Assembly (NCBI GenBank): GCA_963708075.1
Contig: OY970194.1
Location: 5,056,001-5,120,000 of the forward strand
Direction of reading: 5' to 3'
Source of the DNA: Sedimentisphaerales bacterium
GTDB lineage: Bacteria; Planctomycetota; Phycisphaerae; Sedimentisphaerales; Anaerobacaceae
Length of the DNA stretch: 64,000 nt
The notes below the pieces were generated by a model. That model made no database searches, was not told the origin of the DNA, and worked only from the letters and a program-made list of their open reading frames with translations. The position numbers and the translations under genes were made by a program. Shown here piece after piece: positions 31,776 to 43,015 of the stretch; the stretch's first letter is position 1; each line of letters starts with the position of its first letter.

Positions 31776-32726
31776 TCACAGGCCCTCACCGCAGGCCAGG
31801 CCCAAGGCTTCCGTGATGCGGTCGAATTCATCGAGCGAATCGAATTCGATGACGATTTTCCCTCTCTGTCCGTTCCTGCGCGCGTCGATCTGCACGCGCG
31901 TGCCGAGGTGCCGGCAGAGTTTGTCCTCTAGATCCACGATATGGGCAGCCTTTGTTCGGGCCTTTGCCTGGCCGTTCCCGTCCTCACTGAGGTACTTCCG
32001 GACGAGCCGCTCGACCTCGCGGACACTGAGCCGCCCTGTCATTGCCCGGTTGGCAAGCTTGCGCCGCAACTCGTCATTCGGCAGCGACAGGATCGCCCGT
32101 GCGTGGCCTGTGGTGATCTGACCGTTCACAAGCATCTGACGCAGATCTTCCGGTAAGTCCAGCAACCGCAAGTGGTTAGCGATTACGGACCGGTCCTCGC
32201 CGAGCCGCTGCGAGGCCTCCGCCTGAGTCAGGGAGAACGCGCTGAGATACCGCTGGTAAGCCTTTGCTCTCTCGATGGGATTGAGGTCCCGGCGATGGAT
32301 ATTCTCGACCAGCGACCATTCGAAGAGCTGCTCCTCAGTAACGGGCCGGACAAGCGCGGGGATTTTCCCCAAGCCTGCCATCTGGGCAGCCCGAAACCGT
32401 CTTTCACCGGCAATGAGCTGGTAAGCGCCCTGGAACGGCCGGACAATGATCGGCTGGATGACCCCATTGGCCTTGATCGAATCGGCCAGCTCGATCAGGT
32501 CCTGCTCGTTCCAGACCGTACGGGCCTGGTACGGGTTCGCAGAGACCTGATCCAGGGCCAGCTCCCGGAACGAATCACTTAACTCCTTGTCTGGTGGGAA
32601 CTTAAGGACACTCGCAGGGGCTGGCGGAAGATCAGTATTCACCGCGACCTCTGCCATTATAGGACCTAACAATGACTCAAGCCCCCTGCCCAGGTGCCGT
32701 GGCTTGTCGCCCCTGCCAGTACTCAT
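31776..32726 (-). CDS. parB: Chromosome partitioning protein ParB/Spo0J
   Basis: LGRGLESLL ParA-binding peptide, NPYQAR, LIAGERRFRAA, ENIHRRDLNPIE, HTH, GHARAIL. Confidence 0.96.
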   Translation of the reverse strand: MSTGRGDKPRHLGRGLESLLGPIMAEVAVNTDLPPAPASVLKFPPDKELSDSFRELALDQVSANPYQARTVWNEQDLIELADSIKANGVIQPIIVRPFQGAYQLIAGERRFRAAQMAGLGKIPALVRPVTEEQLFEWSLVENIHRRDLNPIERAKAYQRYLSAFSLTQAEASQRLGEDRSVIANHLRLLDLPEDLRQMLVNGQITTGHARAILSLPNDELRRKLANRAMTGRLSVREVERLVRKYLSEDGNGQAKARTKAAHIVDLEDKLCRHLGTRVQIDARRNGQRGKIVIEFDSLDEFDRITEALGLACGEGL

Positions 32727-32872
32727 TGCATCGCCCCTTAAAAAATGGTGTTGTCCAAGTTGCGCAGGTGCACGATCTTAGAGGACACGCGCCCCGCTGT
32801 TCAACTGTATTTTCGTCCTGGCGCGCTGAAATTCTGCAAATTTAGCCCTGGCAACCCAGCGAGCCGCCCCAC

Positions 32873-32888
32873 TGTGGCACGTGGAACC
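32873..32888. promoter_or_regulatory. parS site
   Basis: TGTGGCACGTGGAACC, close to consensus TGTTNCACGTGAAACA. Confidence 0.7.
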
Positions 32889-33083
32889 GCCGACCGTTTG
32901 GCCGAGCACCTGCCGGCCGTGCATTCAGCCAAGCTCCCCATCAGGCCTCCGGACGAACACCGGCCGATCAGCGATGACCGGCTGCCAAAGGGCATCTTAC
33001 GTATAGTACCGGGCTTGGCGGGTGCCCGGGGTTCCTCTCCCCTGCGGATGCCGCTGGATCCAGGTCAAGCTCAGTGGTATGCC

Positions 33084-33099
33084 TGTGGCACGTGAAACA
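33084..33099. promoter_or_regulatory. parS site
   Basis: TGTGGCACGTGAAACA. Confidence 0.82.
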
Positions 33100-33563
33100 A
33101 CGAATCCGTCAAATGCCCAACACGCCCTCAGGTCCGCACGCTCCTGCCCGCTCGCCAGGGTCCGCACATGCCGCCTGCGAACCTGCCGACGACTTTCGAA
33201 CCTCCTGCATTCCCCCCACGCGCCGGAAGGCACCAACGGGCTCTTGGAGGCATCAAGCCCGAACGCCTTCCACGGCCAGCCAGCAAACCGTCCCTCACTA
33301 CTGCGCGCGCCCACAAACAAGCCACCGCCTTGCGATGCCCCCAACTCGCACGCCCGCCTCAGCGCGTCAGGATAGACCCCCGTAAGCCTACCGCGAATGA
33401 GTCCGTCGTTCCCGCCCTTTGCGGTGGTCGGCCGACCCAAACAGGCAGGGCCGCCCACGGTAGCCGTTTGCTGCGATGCGACCAGCCCGCCGACTCTGAT
33501 GCACCACGAGCGCAGCAGCCCTACCGGCGGAACTTCGGACGTCGTCAACGCCTCAACAGCGCA

Positions 33564-33579
33564 TGTTCCACGTGGAACA
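33564..33579. promoter_or_regulatory. parS site (perfect palindrome)
   Basis: TGTTCCACGTGGAACA. Confidence 0.92.
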
Positions 33580-33781
33580 TAGGCGTCGGTCGCCCGCTAA
33601 GACCACCCTGCTTGCAGTGTTTCTCGGTGCGCTCGGCCCACGACATACCCGCCGACGCTGGTCGGCAGCATCGCGGTCCACAGTGCTCAAAGTCATATCC
33701 ATAGAGACGCACGTCCCGTCGTAACTGCAGATTGTGCCCAAAGACGCAGATAGAGGACCCGGCGTTGGTCGCCGACAGCCC

Positions 33782-33797
33782 ATTTCCTCGTGAAAGA
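33782..33797. promoter_or_regulatory. Degenerate parS-like site
   Basis: ATTTCCTCGTGAAAGA, 12/16 match to consensus. Confidence 0.3.
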
Positions 33798-34287
33798 TCG
33801 ATTTCTCGCCAATTACTGATCTTGTCTTAGCGCCACCGCTCCTGTCGTACCCCGCTGCCCAGGCCTCCTGCGTCTCCCGCAGGACCTCTCGTTAAGCGTC
33901 AGCCCGCCCCATGGGTGGCGGCCAGCCGGACTATCTGGAGCTGCTGCCGGTCGGCACCAATGCGCATCCTGTAAGCCAGCCACGTCAACCAGGGCACGCA
34001 GCCAGACCACGACGTCAGGCTAACGATCAGCATCGTTTGGCCCAACCCGGCAGCGCCGTCGCCCACAAGGCCAGGAATGTTACCGACCGGCTGGAGCCAT
34101 ATTGATAGGGCAGCGATTATAGGACGCCCGCGACGGCACAGGTCTACGGGCTGGGGCGAAGCCCTGTGGGTAGGTGCGGGCAAGATAGGCGGTATAGGCA
34201 AGCCGGGCGTCCTGCGATGCGAGGTGGCGTTCATTGTAAGTCGTTACGTTTAGCCCGATGGCGGCGGCGCCTGAAAGATGTTGCGCG

Positions 34288-34839
34288 TCAGCGGCGGCGC
34301 CGGCGGATGGCAATTGCCCCCAAGGCGAGCAGGGCGATAGTGGCTGGCTCCGGCGTGTGGACGGGCACAATGGTCGGGATGACCTTGGTATCGCCCTTGG
34401 CAGCGCCACCGGGGCTCCACCCCGAGCCGGTGAAATCGGTCGCCGTGAGCGCCAGCGTGTCAGAGCCGCCGCCGGCGCCGCCAAGGCGGAGCTGCTCCTC
34501 GATGCGCTTCTCGGTCTCGGAGTGAAAAACCGCAATGACGATCTTCGGCTCATCGACGACGACGGTCGTGCACTCAGCAGCCGGGTCCGACACGTCGCCC
34601 AGCCAATACGCGAATCGGTAGCCCGGCTGGGGGCTAGCCGTGAGGGTCACGGTCGAGTTGGCCGAGATGCGGTGGGCCCCCGTGTTCGGCGTCACGTCAC
34701 CCGCCTCGAGCGGGCTGCGTTGGATCAGGAGGTCATATGCCGCCGTGTCGGCGCAGGCCCGGAGCGTCAGGCCGCCGACCGCAATGGTCAGGGCCGCCGC
34801 CAAGGACAACCTGCGACGCATGATCCCACCGCGTTTCAT
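34288..34839 (-). CDS. PEP-CTERM protein with an InlB B-repeat-like domain
   Basis: Signal peptide; VTLTASPQPGYRFAYWLGD; C-terminal TPEPATIALLALGAIAIRRRRR. Confidence 0.9.
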   Translation of the reverse strand: MKRGGIMRRRLSLAAALTIAVGGLTLRACADTAAYDLLIQRSPLEAGDVTPNTGAHRISANSTVTLTASPQPGYRFAYWLGDVSDPAAECTTVVVDEPKIVIAVFHSETEKRIEEQLRLGGAGGGSDTLALTATDFTGSGWSPGGAAKGDTKVIPTIVPVHTPEPATIALLALGAIAIRRRRR

Positions 34840-35474
34840 TGGAGCGTACTCACCTCCCGTACAGGGTGAACCGCAGGGCCCAGGCGAAGGTATGTCGCGA
34901 CGTGCAGCACAGCGATGAACCATGCGCTCGTGACGCACCCCCAGCTCCATGAATCGGACCCCCAGTTCGACTTGCCTATAGCATACCGCATCAGGCCGCG
35001 CCAGTCAAGCACGGCAGGGGGGTGACGCCTCAATGTCCCGGGCGTCGCATAACAACCACGGTACCGGGGCGATGGCCCTGCTTTTTTGCGGACCCACGGT
35101 CGGCGTCGGCTCGCCGGCGAGAACATTTTTCCTGTTGATGGCCGCGCCTGCGAACAGCGGCGAATGAGACGCGGCCGCTAAGGCCCCAGGCAGTGACGTG
35201 TCACCACAGCCCGTTTGGAGTCCATCAACGGTCCTGATGCCTCGGAATCCCGGATTCCAATCTGAATAGGTCCGAATCGGCACTCAGTCCGCGAAGACGC
35301 GTCAGCTATTCATCTCGCCGGAGTCCTTGCAGGCTCTTGTGTGGAGATGGGGAAGCTGCCTGTGGATTCCTGCGGTCAAATCAGGAAAAACTGTTGAAAT
35401 CTCCGGGGATGGAGGGTACGATACGGCCAAGACAAGCCCACGTGACGGATGTCACGGCGGTGAGGTGGCAGCTT

Positions 35475-35771
35475 ATGGTGGACCCGGTGCAAACGAGCAA
35501 CAACAGCGCGGGCGAGAAGGGCGATGGGGCTGTGGTTGCGTATGTTGATGGCCTCAGCCAGGAACATCGGATGCTCGTGGTCCTCAAGGCCCAGTTGTAC
35601 GGCGGCTCGTGGGAGCCGATGCTCGACGACCTGCGAAATCGCCTGTCGGGAAAGCCGTACATCTTCAAGCTCGTCCACCGGATTCAGGATGATATCGAGC
35701 GCATCGAGCAGATGCGCAAGTTCGAAGCTGAGCATGGCGTCGATCTGACCGACTACGTCGATCTGGCGTGA
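35475..35771 (+). CDS. Small helical hypothetical protein
   Basis: GAGGTG RBS, protein-like composition, 98 aa. Confidence 0.72.
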   Translation: MVDPVQTSNNSAGEKGDGAVVAYVDGLSQEHRMLVVLKAQLYGGSWEPMLDDLRNRLSGKPYIFKLVHRIQDDIERIEQMRKFEAEHGVDLTDYVDLA

Positions 35772-35872
35772 GAAGTCGGCAGTCAATGGAAGGAGTCCCG
35801 AAAAGGGGAGACCTGGTTGGATCTCCGCTTTTCGAATTCCACTCAAAACTCGGTACTGGCAGGGTAGGGCAC

Positions 35873-36982
35873 ATGGGAAAATCATCACGACGGGAGGGTC
35901 TGTTGTTTCTGGCCGGATGTCTGCTGTGGTTCGGGTCTACGACCGTCCGCGCCCAGGACACCTTCGATTGCTTCATCTCCAAGGATCTGCTCGATCACGC
36001 GGGTCTCTCGCTTGTCTGGCAGAACGCGCTGCCGGTCAAGGAGGGCGAGAAGCTCGAGACGATGCAGTTGCTCAACGAGCGGCTGTATATCCGCTCGGAC
36101 CGCAACTACACGTGGTCGCTCGGCCGCAACGACGGCAAGATCATATTCAGCAGGGCCATCGCGCCTGCCGGGTTCGTGATCCCTGGATGGACCGCCTACG
36201 AGGACCGGCTGATCGGCGTCATCGATAACCGGCTCGTGCAACTCGATCTCGAGACCGGAATCCAGAAGCAGGCCGATGACCTCGGGCTGAGTATTGCCGC
36301 TCCCCCGGTGCGCAACAGTAAATTCTTCTACATCAGCGCCACGGACCGGCGCCTGCACGCGTTGCGAGAGAAGGACTTGGTCCAGCTCTTTGAGGTGGCC
36401 GCCGAAAACGATTCGCTCATCACCACGGTCCTTGCCGACGACCAGATGGTCGTCTTCGGCACCGATGCCGGCAATCTCATGGCCGTGGCGGCCGACCGGC
36501 CCAGGAAGCTCTGGGAATTCAAGGCGCCCGACGCCATCGCCGGACCCGTCGTTCAAGATGCCAATTCGTACTTCTTTGCCGACAAGGACATGAGCGTCTA
36601 CAGGGTGGACGCGAGCCCATCATCGGGGGTGAGCCTTGTGTGGAAGTACCATACCGAAGGGGTGCTGGATCGTCCCCCGCAGGTCACGAAAGACGTCGTC
36701 TATCAGTACGCTCCCGCCCGGGGCCTGACCGCCATCCACAAGCAGTCCGGCCAGACGATCTGGGCGTTGCGGGAGGGCATCGATCTGCTGGCGGAGGCCG
36801 CCGGCAGGGCATACGTCATCACGAAGGAAAAGACGCTGACCGTCATGGATAATGCCACGGGCCGAAAGCTGTATTGGGTGAATTTAGCTCCCGTTTTCCA
36901 TTACGCGGTCAACACGGCCGACGCGAAAATCTATGTGGCCGACGCGCAGGGACACATCGTGTGCCTCGCGCCGACACGGTAG
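35873..36982 (+). CDS. PQQ-type beta-propeller repeat protein (BamB-like), secreted
   Basis: Signal peptide; repeated G.l.Ald..tG...W blade motifs. Confidence 0.85.
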   Translation: MGKSSRREGLLFLAGCLLWFGSTTVRAQDTFDCFISKDLLDHAGLSLVWQNALPVKEGEKLETMQLLNERLYIRSDRNYTWSLGRNDGKIIFSRAIAPAGFVIPGWTAYEDRLIGVIDNRLVQLDLETGIQKQADDLGLSIAAPPVRNSKFFYISATDRRLHALREKDLVQLFEVAAENDSLITTVLADDQMVVFGTDAGNLMAVAADRPRKLWEFKAPDAIAGPVVQDANSYFFADKDMSVYRVDASPSSGVSLVWKYHTEGVLDRPPQVTKDVVYQYAPARGLTAIHKQSGQTIWALREGIDLLAEAAGRAYVITKEKTLTVMDNATGRKLYWVNLAPVFHYAVNTADAKIYVADAQGHIVCLAPTR

Positions 36983-37013
36983 GAGCAGGTGCAGGATTCG
37001 AAAAGGAGTTGAT

Positions 37014-38625
37014 ATGGACGTCACAATCAGGACCGCTCTGATCAGTGTTTCGGACAAGACCGGGGTCATCGGTTTCGCCAACGCCCTGGCGCAGATGGGG
37101 GTCAAGATCATCAGCACCGGAGGCACGGCCAAGAAGCTCGCGGAGGCGGGAATCCACGTCGTGAGCATCGACTCCGTCACCGGCTTTCCCGAGATGATGG
37201 ACGGCCGGGTCAAGACTCTGCACCCGAAGATCCACGGCGCGTTGCTCGGCCTGAGGGACAAGAAGGAACACGTCGAGGCCATGCGCGAGCACGGCATCGA
37301 GCCGATCGACCTGGTTTGCGTCAACCTCTATCCGTTCGAGCAGACGATCTCGAAACCGGAGTGCACGCTCGAAGAGGCGATCGAGAACATCGATATCGGC
37401 GGGCCCAGCATGATCCGCTCGGCCGCAAAGAACCACAAGTTCGTCACCGTCGTCACCGCCTCCGACCACTACCCGCGCGTGATCGAGCAGATGCGCAGCA
37501 ACAATGGCGCCGTCGAGCGCCAAGCTGCGCGAAGAGCTGGCGCGGGCGGCCTTCAGTCTGACGGCTACGTACGACGCCACCATTTCGAGATACCTCAATG
37601 CGCGGGCGGGCGTGGAATTCCCCAACCGCATGACCATCGGGCTGACGAGGGAGATGGCGTTGCGCTACGGGGAGAACCCGCACCAGGCGGCGGCCCTGTA
37701 CAAGCTGCCCCGCAGCCAGGAGGCCTGCGTCAGCAACGGGCGCGTCCTGCAGAGCGAGACCGAGATCAGCTTCAACAATCTGCTCGACGCCGACGCCGCG
37801 TTCGAGCTCGCCAAAGAATTTGAGGAGCCCGCCGCCGTGGTGGTCAAGCACCTCAACCCGTGCGGCTGCGCCATGGACGACGATATCTCTGTCGCCTATC
37901 GAAAGGCGTATGAAGGGGACGTCGTCAGTGCGTTCGGCGGCATCATCGCCGTGAACAGGCCCGTCGATGTCGAGCTGGCCCGAACCATCATGGAGTCCTA
38001 TGGCCGCTTTGGAAAGGCCCTCGGGGCTGAGGGCTTCTTCGCCGAGGTCATCGTCGCTCCGAAGTTCTATGAGGACGCCATCGAGATCGTCCGGACCCTC
38101 AAAGTCTGGGGCAGCCGGGTCCGCCTCGTCGAGACCGGCCCCATCGACCGGACCAGGATCGATACGAACGAGTATGACGTACGCCACATCGTGGGCGGCC
38201 TGCTACTGCAGAAGAGAGATCTGGTCGGCTGGGAGCCTGATGTGCTGACGTTCCCGACCAAGGCCAGGCCGACGCCGGAGCAGCTCGCCGATTTGCGGCT
38301 TGCCTGGCTCGTCGCCAAGCACACCAAGAGCAACACGATCATCATCGCCAAGAACAGGAAGGTCCTCGGCGTAGGGGCCGGGCAAATGAACCGCGTGGAG
38401 TCCGGCCTGCTCGCGGCCAAGCGTGCCGGCGACGAGGCCCGCGGCGCCGTCATCGCCTCCGATGCCTTCTTCCCGTTCCCCGACAATGTCGAGAACGCCG
38501 CGGCGATTGGCATCACCGCCATCGTCCAACCGGGCGGGTCCAAGAAGGATGACGAGGTCATCGCCGCCGCCGACAAGCACGGAATCGCCATGGTCTTCAC
38601 CGGCAAACGGCACTTCAAGCATTGA
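37014..38625 (+). CDS. purH: Bifunctional AICAR formyltransferase/IMP cyclohydrolase; apparent frameshift near 37515
   Basis: [18 protein letters not shown] and [11 protein letters not shown] in frame 1; [24 protein letters not shown] and RHFKH in frame 2. Confidence 0.95.
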
Positions 38626-38680
38626 GCCATCGCACCCAGGGCGACTCTTGGTTCTCACATAGGCCGGGTAGACGCAACAA

Positions 38681-38771
38681 GGGGCCACGCGCAAACTCGT
38701 TTGCTTGCGGGGCTTCGGATGATCGCGCCTGAGCGAATCAGCACCGTCAAACGAGTTTGGCGGTGCCACCC
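38681..38771. repeat. REP/REPIN-like palindrome, family B
   Basis: GCAAACTCGTTTGC...CACCGTCAAACGAGTTTGGCGGTGCCACCC; similar copy at 57681. Confidence 0.8.
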
Positions 38772-38883
38772 GGCAAGCACAGGGACCTGGCCCTACTGTG
38801 CTTGGCGTACTCAGCGAAACCCTGAATGCTGCTACGGAGAATCACTACAGACTCCGCTCCTGTCCGGCGGTATCAAGGCAGCT

Positions 38884-40305
38884 ATGGGCAAAGTACGGGT
38901 AAAGACGACCTGGGATTATGAGATTTCTCTCGACGATCGTGCTGTCGATCAGTTCAAGGCGTCCCTGTGCGGGAAGGTGATTCTGGCCAACGATCCGGCG
39001 TATGAGTCGGCCCGGCGGGTGTACAATGGGATGATCGACAAGCATCCCTGCATGATCGCCCGTTGCGTGGACGTGGCCGATGTCGTCTGCACGGTGAACT
39101 TCGCCCGCGAAAACGGACTGCTTCTGGCGGTGCGCGGTGGCGGACACAACGGCGCGGGGCTGGGGACGTGCGAAAATGGCATCGTGCTCGACCTGTCGTC
39201 GATGAACGGAGTCCGGGTGGACCCGGACTCGCACACCGTGCGTGCCGAGGGTGGTTGCACACAAGGAGAAGTGGACCACGCCGCTTCCGCATTCGGCTTG
39301 GCAGTGCCGGCCGGCGTTGTCTCGACCACCGGCATCGGCGGCCTGACTCTGGGCGGCGGTCACGGCTATCTCACGCGCAAGTACGGCCTGACGATCGACA
39401 ATCTCCTGGAAGCGGATGTCGTTCTCGCCGACGGCCGGCTTGTCGTCGCGTCGGCTGACAGGAACGAAGACCTTTTCTGGGCGATCCGGGGCGGCGGAGG
39501 CAACTTCGGCGTCGTCACCAGCTTTCTGTATCAAGCCCATCCGGTCAGCATGGTCACGGCAGGCCCGATGTTCTGGGATATGCGCCAGGCGGCGGACATC
39601 ATGTGCTGGTACCGCGAGTTCCTGCCCGCGGCGCCGGAGGACCTCTATGGTTTCTTTGCGTTCATGAACATCCTGCCGGTGCCGCTATTTCCCACCCACC
39701 TGCACGGCAGATGCGTCTGCGCCGTCGTCTGGTGCCATCTGGGCTCCGCCGAACAAGCGACGAAAGACCTGGATGAGGTGCGACGGTCCCATCCGCCGCT
39801 GTTCGAGCACGTCGGGTGCATGCCGTTCGCCGCCTTGCAGCAGATGTTCGATCCGCTCCTGCCGCCCGGCCTGCAATGGTACTGGAACGGCGATTTCGTC
39901 AGGGAGCTGAGCGACGAGGCCATTGAGCAGCACATCCAGTACGCCTCGCATCTGCCGAACCTGCTGTCCGCGATGCACCTGTACCCGATCGACGGGCAGG
40001 TCAACCGGGTCGCCCAGGACGCGACGGCCTTCAGCTATCGCGATGCCAAGTGGTCCATGGTCATCACCGGGATCGACCCGGACCCCGCCAATCGTGAGAA
40101 GATCACGAAGTGGGCGAGGGAATACTGGGATGCGGTACACCCGTACTGCGCCGGCGGGGCCTATGTGAATTTCATGATGGAGGAAGGCGCCGATCGTGTC
40201 CAGGCCACCTATCGGGACAACTACGATCGCCTTGCGAGCGTCAAGGCCAGGTACGACCCGGGCAACCTCTTCCGTGTGAATCAGAACATCACGCCTCAAC
40301 ACTGA
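38884..40305 (+). CDS. FAD-linked oxidoreductase (VAO/BBE family)
   Basis: AVRGGGHN, TGIGGLTLGGG, DLFWAIRGGGGNFGVVT, YVNF...KARYDPGNLF. Confidence 0.92.
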   Translation: MGKVRVKTTWDYEISLDDRAVDQFKASLCGKVILANDPAYESARRVYNGMIDKHPCMIARCVDVADVVCTVNFARENGLLLAVRGGGHNGAGLGTCENGIVLDLSSMNGVRVDPDSHTVRAEGGCTQGEVDHAASAFGLAVPAGVVSTTGIGGLTLGGGHGYLTRKYGLTIDNLLEADVVLADGRLVVASADRNEDLFWAIRGGGGNFGVVTSFLYQAHPVSMVTAGPMFWDMRQAADIMCWYREFLPAAPEDLYGFFAFMNILPVPLFPTHLHGRCVCAVVWCHLGSAEQATKDLDEVRRSHPPLFEHVGCMPFAALQQMFDPLLPPGLQWYWNGDFVRELSDEAIEQHIQYASHLPNLLSAMHLYPIDGQVNRVAQDATAFSYRDAKWSMVITGIDPDPANREKITKWAREYWDAVHPYCAGGAYVNFMMEEGADRVQATYRDNYDRLASVKARYDPGNLFRVNQNITPQH

Positions 40306-40347
40306 GGCGGTTCTCTTCCAAAGCGGTGCGCAATCGAGGGTCAAATC

Positions 40348-41772
40348 ATGGAAGCGCTACACATTCAGACGAACACATTGCAGCAAGCCACGCTCGATGA
40401 AGATGCGGTTGAACGACTCGATCAGTCTCTCACGGGCGAGCTGATCCGTCCGACGGATGAGATGTACGACGAGGCCCGCAAAGTGTGGAACGGGCTGATT
40501 GACAAACGCCCCGCGTTGATTGCCCGATGTGCCAATGCGGAGGATGTGGTGACAGCAGTCAATTTCGCGAGGGAGCACGATGTGCTTCTGTCCGTCCGCA
40601 GCGGCGGGCACAATGTCGCCGGCCGGGCGCTCTGCGACGATGGGCTTGTGGTGGATTTGTCGCCGATGCGGGGCGTTCGCGTAGATCCGATCCGTCGGAC
40701 CGTGCAGGTGCAGGGCGGCGCAACGCTGGGCGACATCGACCGTGCGACACAACCCTTCGGTTTGGCCGTCCCGATTGGGCTGGTCTCTGCCACCGGCATC
40801 GGCGGTTTGACCCTTCACGGCGGCATCGGCTGGCTGATGCGCGAGCACGGCTTGACCATCGACAATCTCCTCTCGGTTGACATCGTCACCGCTGATGGCC
40901 AGTTGCGCAAGGCCAGTGAAACGGAATACGCCGACCTGTTCTGGGCCATTCGCGGCGGCGGGGGCAATTTCGGGATCGTCACCTCGTTCGAGTTCCGCGC
41001 CTATCCGGTCGGGCCGCAGGTCTGGTTTCTCGCGACCGTCTATCCGATTTCACAGGCCCGCCGGGTTCTGCAGTTTACGAGAGATTTCGCGGCCGATGCG
41101 CCGGAGGACCTGGGTCTGTTGACGACGCTGTGGAGCGCCCCGGATGCCGAGCCGGTCCCGAGAGAGTACCGCGGGACGCCGGTGATCATCGTGGCCGGCT
41201 GCTACAGCGGGCCGCTGGAAACGGGCGAGCGAGTCATCCAGCCGCTACGGGAAATCACAGAGCCTATTGCGGACCTCAGCGGTCCCATGCCCTTCCAGGG
41301 CGTCCAGACTTTTCTCGACGCGGATTATCCCGACGGCTGGTTGTACTACTGGAAATCAGCCTTTCTGCAAGACCTGAGTGATCCGTCGATCGATCTCCTG
41401 ATCAGCCATGCCGCCGGGCGGCCCTCGCCCCTGAGCTCCATCGACATCGTCTTTCTCGAAGGCGCCGTAACTCGGGTTCCTGCCGCGGCAACCGCTTTTG
41501 CGCGCCGCGACGTGTCCTGGTTCATCGGCATCGAGGCCAATTGGACGGACGCGGATCAATCCGACGCCAATATAGTCTGGGCGAGACAGGCCTTCGAAGA
41601 CATGCAGCAATTCGCGCACGGCACATATCTGAATTTCCCGGGCTTCCTGGAGGACAGCGACAAACTCCTGCAGGGCGCCTACGAAGTCAATTACGAGCGA
41701 TTGCGGACTATCAAGGGCAGGTATGACCCGGACAACCTGTTCCACGGCGTCTTGAACATCGTCCCCATATGA
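40348..41772 (+). CDS. FAD-linked oxidoreductase (VAO/BBE family), tandem paralog
   Basis: VRSGGHN, DLFWAIRGGGGNFGIVT, YLNF...YDPDNLF. Confidence 0.92.
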   Translation: MEALHIQTNTLQQATLDEDAVERLDQSLTGELIRPTDEMYDEARKVWNGLIDKRPALIARCANAEDVVTAVNFAREHDVLLSVRSGGHNVAGRALCDDGLVVDLSPMRGVRVDPIRRTVQVQGGATLGDIDRATQPFGLAVPIGLVSATGIGGLTLHGGIGWLMREHGLTIDNLLSVDIVTADGQLRKASETEYADLFWAIRGGGGNFGIVTSFEFRAYPVGPQVWFLATVYPISQARRVLQFTRDFAADAPEDLGLLTTLWSAPDAEPVPREYRGTPVIIVAGCYSGPLETGERVIQPLREITEPIADLSGPMPFQGVQTFLDADYPDGWLYYWKSAFLQDLSDPSIDLLISHAAGRPSPLSSIDIVFLEGAVTRVPAAATAFARRDVSWFIGIEANWTDADQSDANIVWARQAFEDMQQFAHGTYLNFPGFLEDSDKLLQGAYEVNYERLRTIKGRYDPDNLFHGVLNIVPI

Positions 41773-41805
41773 GCGTAACCCGAAGTCTGTCGTGCGCCGT
41801 GTGCT

Positions 41806-42384
41806 CTATCGATTCTTGAGGAGCTCCCGGATGGCTTGGAGTTCCAACAGGATTTGCTGCAGGACCGGCTGCTCTACTTTTTCGGCGGACGGCTCCGCTG
41901 CCTGCCGCTCGACCCTGGTTCTGTCGTGTGCCCTGATCCTCTCGCGGATCGTCTCCTTGATCGGTTCGAGCTGACGGATGCCCACGAGCCGCAGCTCGGC
42001 ATGGGTGCTTTGCCCGCCGCTGGCGCCGGCGGTTTGAACATGGATTGTCCCGATGTTGAAGGCTCGTTCGAGCGGGCCTTGAGTAATGTCGATGTTCGTG
42101 ATCTTCACGAACGGCACAGTGACATACCGCTTCCAGAACACGCCGGCCTGCCCCCGCACTGCGTCATCCTCGATGGCGTAGCTGATGGAATTGTAGTAGG
42201 CCGGTATCCACAGCAGGAGCAGCACCATTACGAGCAGCCAGACCATCAGGACCAGCCCGAACACCACGGGGTTCGCCAGGAGCAGGAGGAGCAGCACGGG
42301 CGTGCCGATGGCGGAGACGATGATCCAGTTCACGTACCACAGCGTCCGCTGTCCCTTCTCCGGTTGAAGCGTCAATGTATCCAT
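41806..42384 (-). CDS. Membrane protein with bacterial PH domain (bPH_2/YdbS-like)
   Basis: Two TM helices then VPFVKITNIDITQGPLERAFNIGTIHVQTAG. Confidence 0.85.
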   Translation of the reverse strand: MDTLTLQPEKGQRTLWYVNWIIVSAIGTPVLLLLLLANPVVFGLVLMVWLLVMVLLLLWIPAYYNSISYAIEDDAVRGQAGVFWKRYVTVPFVKITNIDITQGPLERAFNIGTIHVQTAGASGGQSTHAELRLVGIRQLEPIKETIRERIRAHDRTRVERQAAEPSAEKVEQPVLQQILLELQAIRELLKNR

Positions 42385-42428
42385 GTTCTTCTCTCCCAAT
42401 TCACGCCGATTTGTCTGTCTGCTCGCTA

Positions 42429-42977
42429 TCAACGGTGCACATCGACGCGGCGGTCGAGCAGGCCGTATTTCGTGCCTTGCATGTAGTGCAGCGTGTGGAA
42501 CTTCTCCGGAATCCACGCGCCGTCGAAGAATTCCTCCTCGGCCGAGGCGTACACGACCTCGCAGATGAGCAGGTCGTGCGTCGTCACCGTGAACGTCTGC
42601 ACGACCTGGCATTCGAGGTGCCCGGCACACTCGGCGATCAGCGGCGGCTTGACGAGATTGGCGGGCACGGGGGTCAGACCGGCCTCCTTGAACTTATCCA
42701 CCTTGCGACCACCTACGGTGCCGCAGAGATGCGTCTGTTCGAGCAGCTCCTCGCCGGGCACGTTGATCACCAGCTCGTTGTTCTGCCGGATCAGCTCGTA
42801 CGTATACCGCACGCGGTTCATCACGAGCAGCACCAGGCAGGGGTCGGCCGTCTGGACCGGTGTTTGCCAACTGAGCGCCATTACGTTCGCTTTGGTCATC
42901 GTCCCGCCGGTGACCAGGACCACGCAGCCGGGCTCGATGAGCCACTTGGCCTGATTCAAAGGCACGCCTCGCTTCAT
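42429..42977 (-). CDS. Flavin reductase-like FMN-binding protein
   Basis: NVMALSW, CGTVGGRKVDKF, PPLIAECAGHLEC, THDLLICEV. Confidence 0.9.
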   Translation of the reverse strand: MKRGVPLNQAKWLIEPGCVVLVTGGTMTKANVMALSWQTPVQTADPCLVLLVMNRVRYTYELIRQNNELVINVPGEELLEQTHLCGTVGGRKVDKFKEAGLTPVPANLVKPPLIAECAGHLECQVVQTFTVTTHDLLICEVVYASAEEEFFDGAWIPEKFHTLHYMQGTKYGLLDRRVDVHR

Positions 42978-43015
42978 AGGCTTGTCCTCTCGTGCACCTG
43001 CCCAGGCAGCATCGG

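Noticed and set aside
33899..34234. 111-aa minus-strand ORF with a hydrophobic stretch downstream of the PEP-CTERM gene
   Set aside because: No RBS or recognisable family; at best a gene remnant
32727..34287. Possible oriC
   Set aside because: No TTATCCACA-type DnaA box cluster or AT-rich unwinding element seen; only parS sites
37014..38625. purH and lptB as true pseudogenes or programmed frameshifts
   Set aside because: All motifs are intact, there are no slippery sites at the junctions, and the same one-base pattern recurs across unrelated genes
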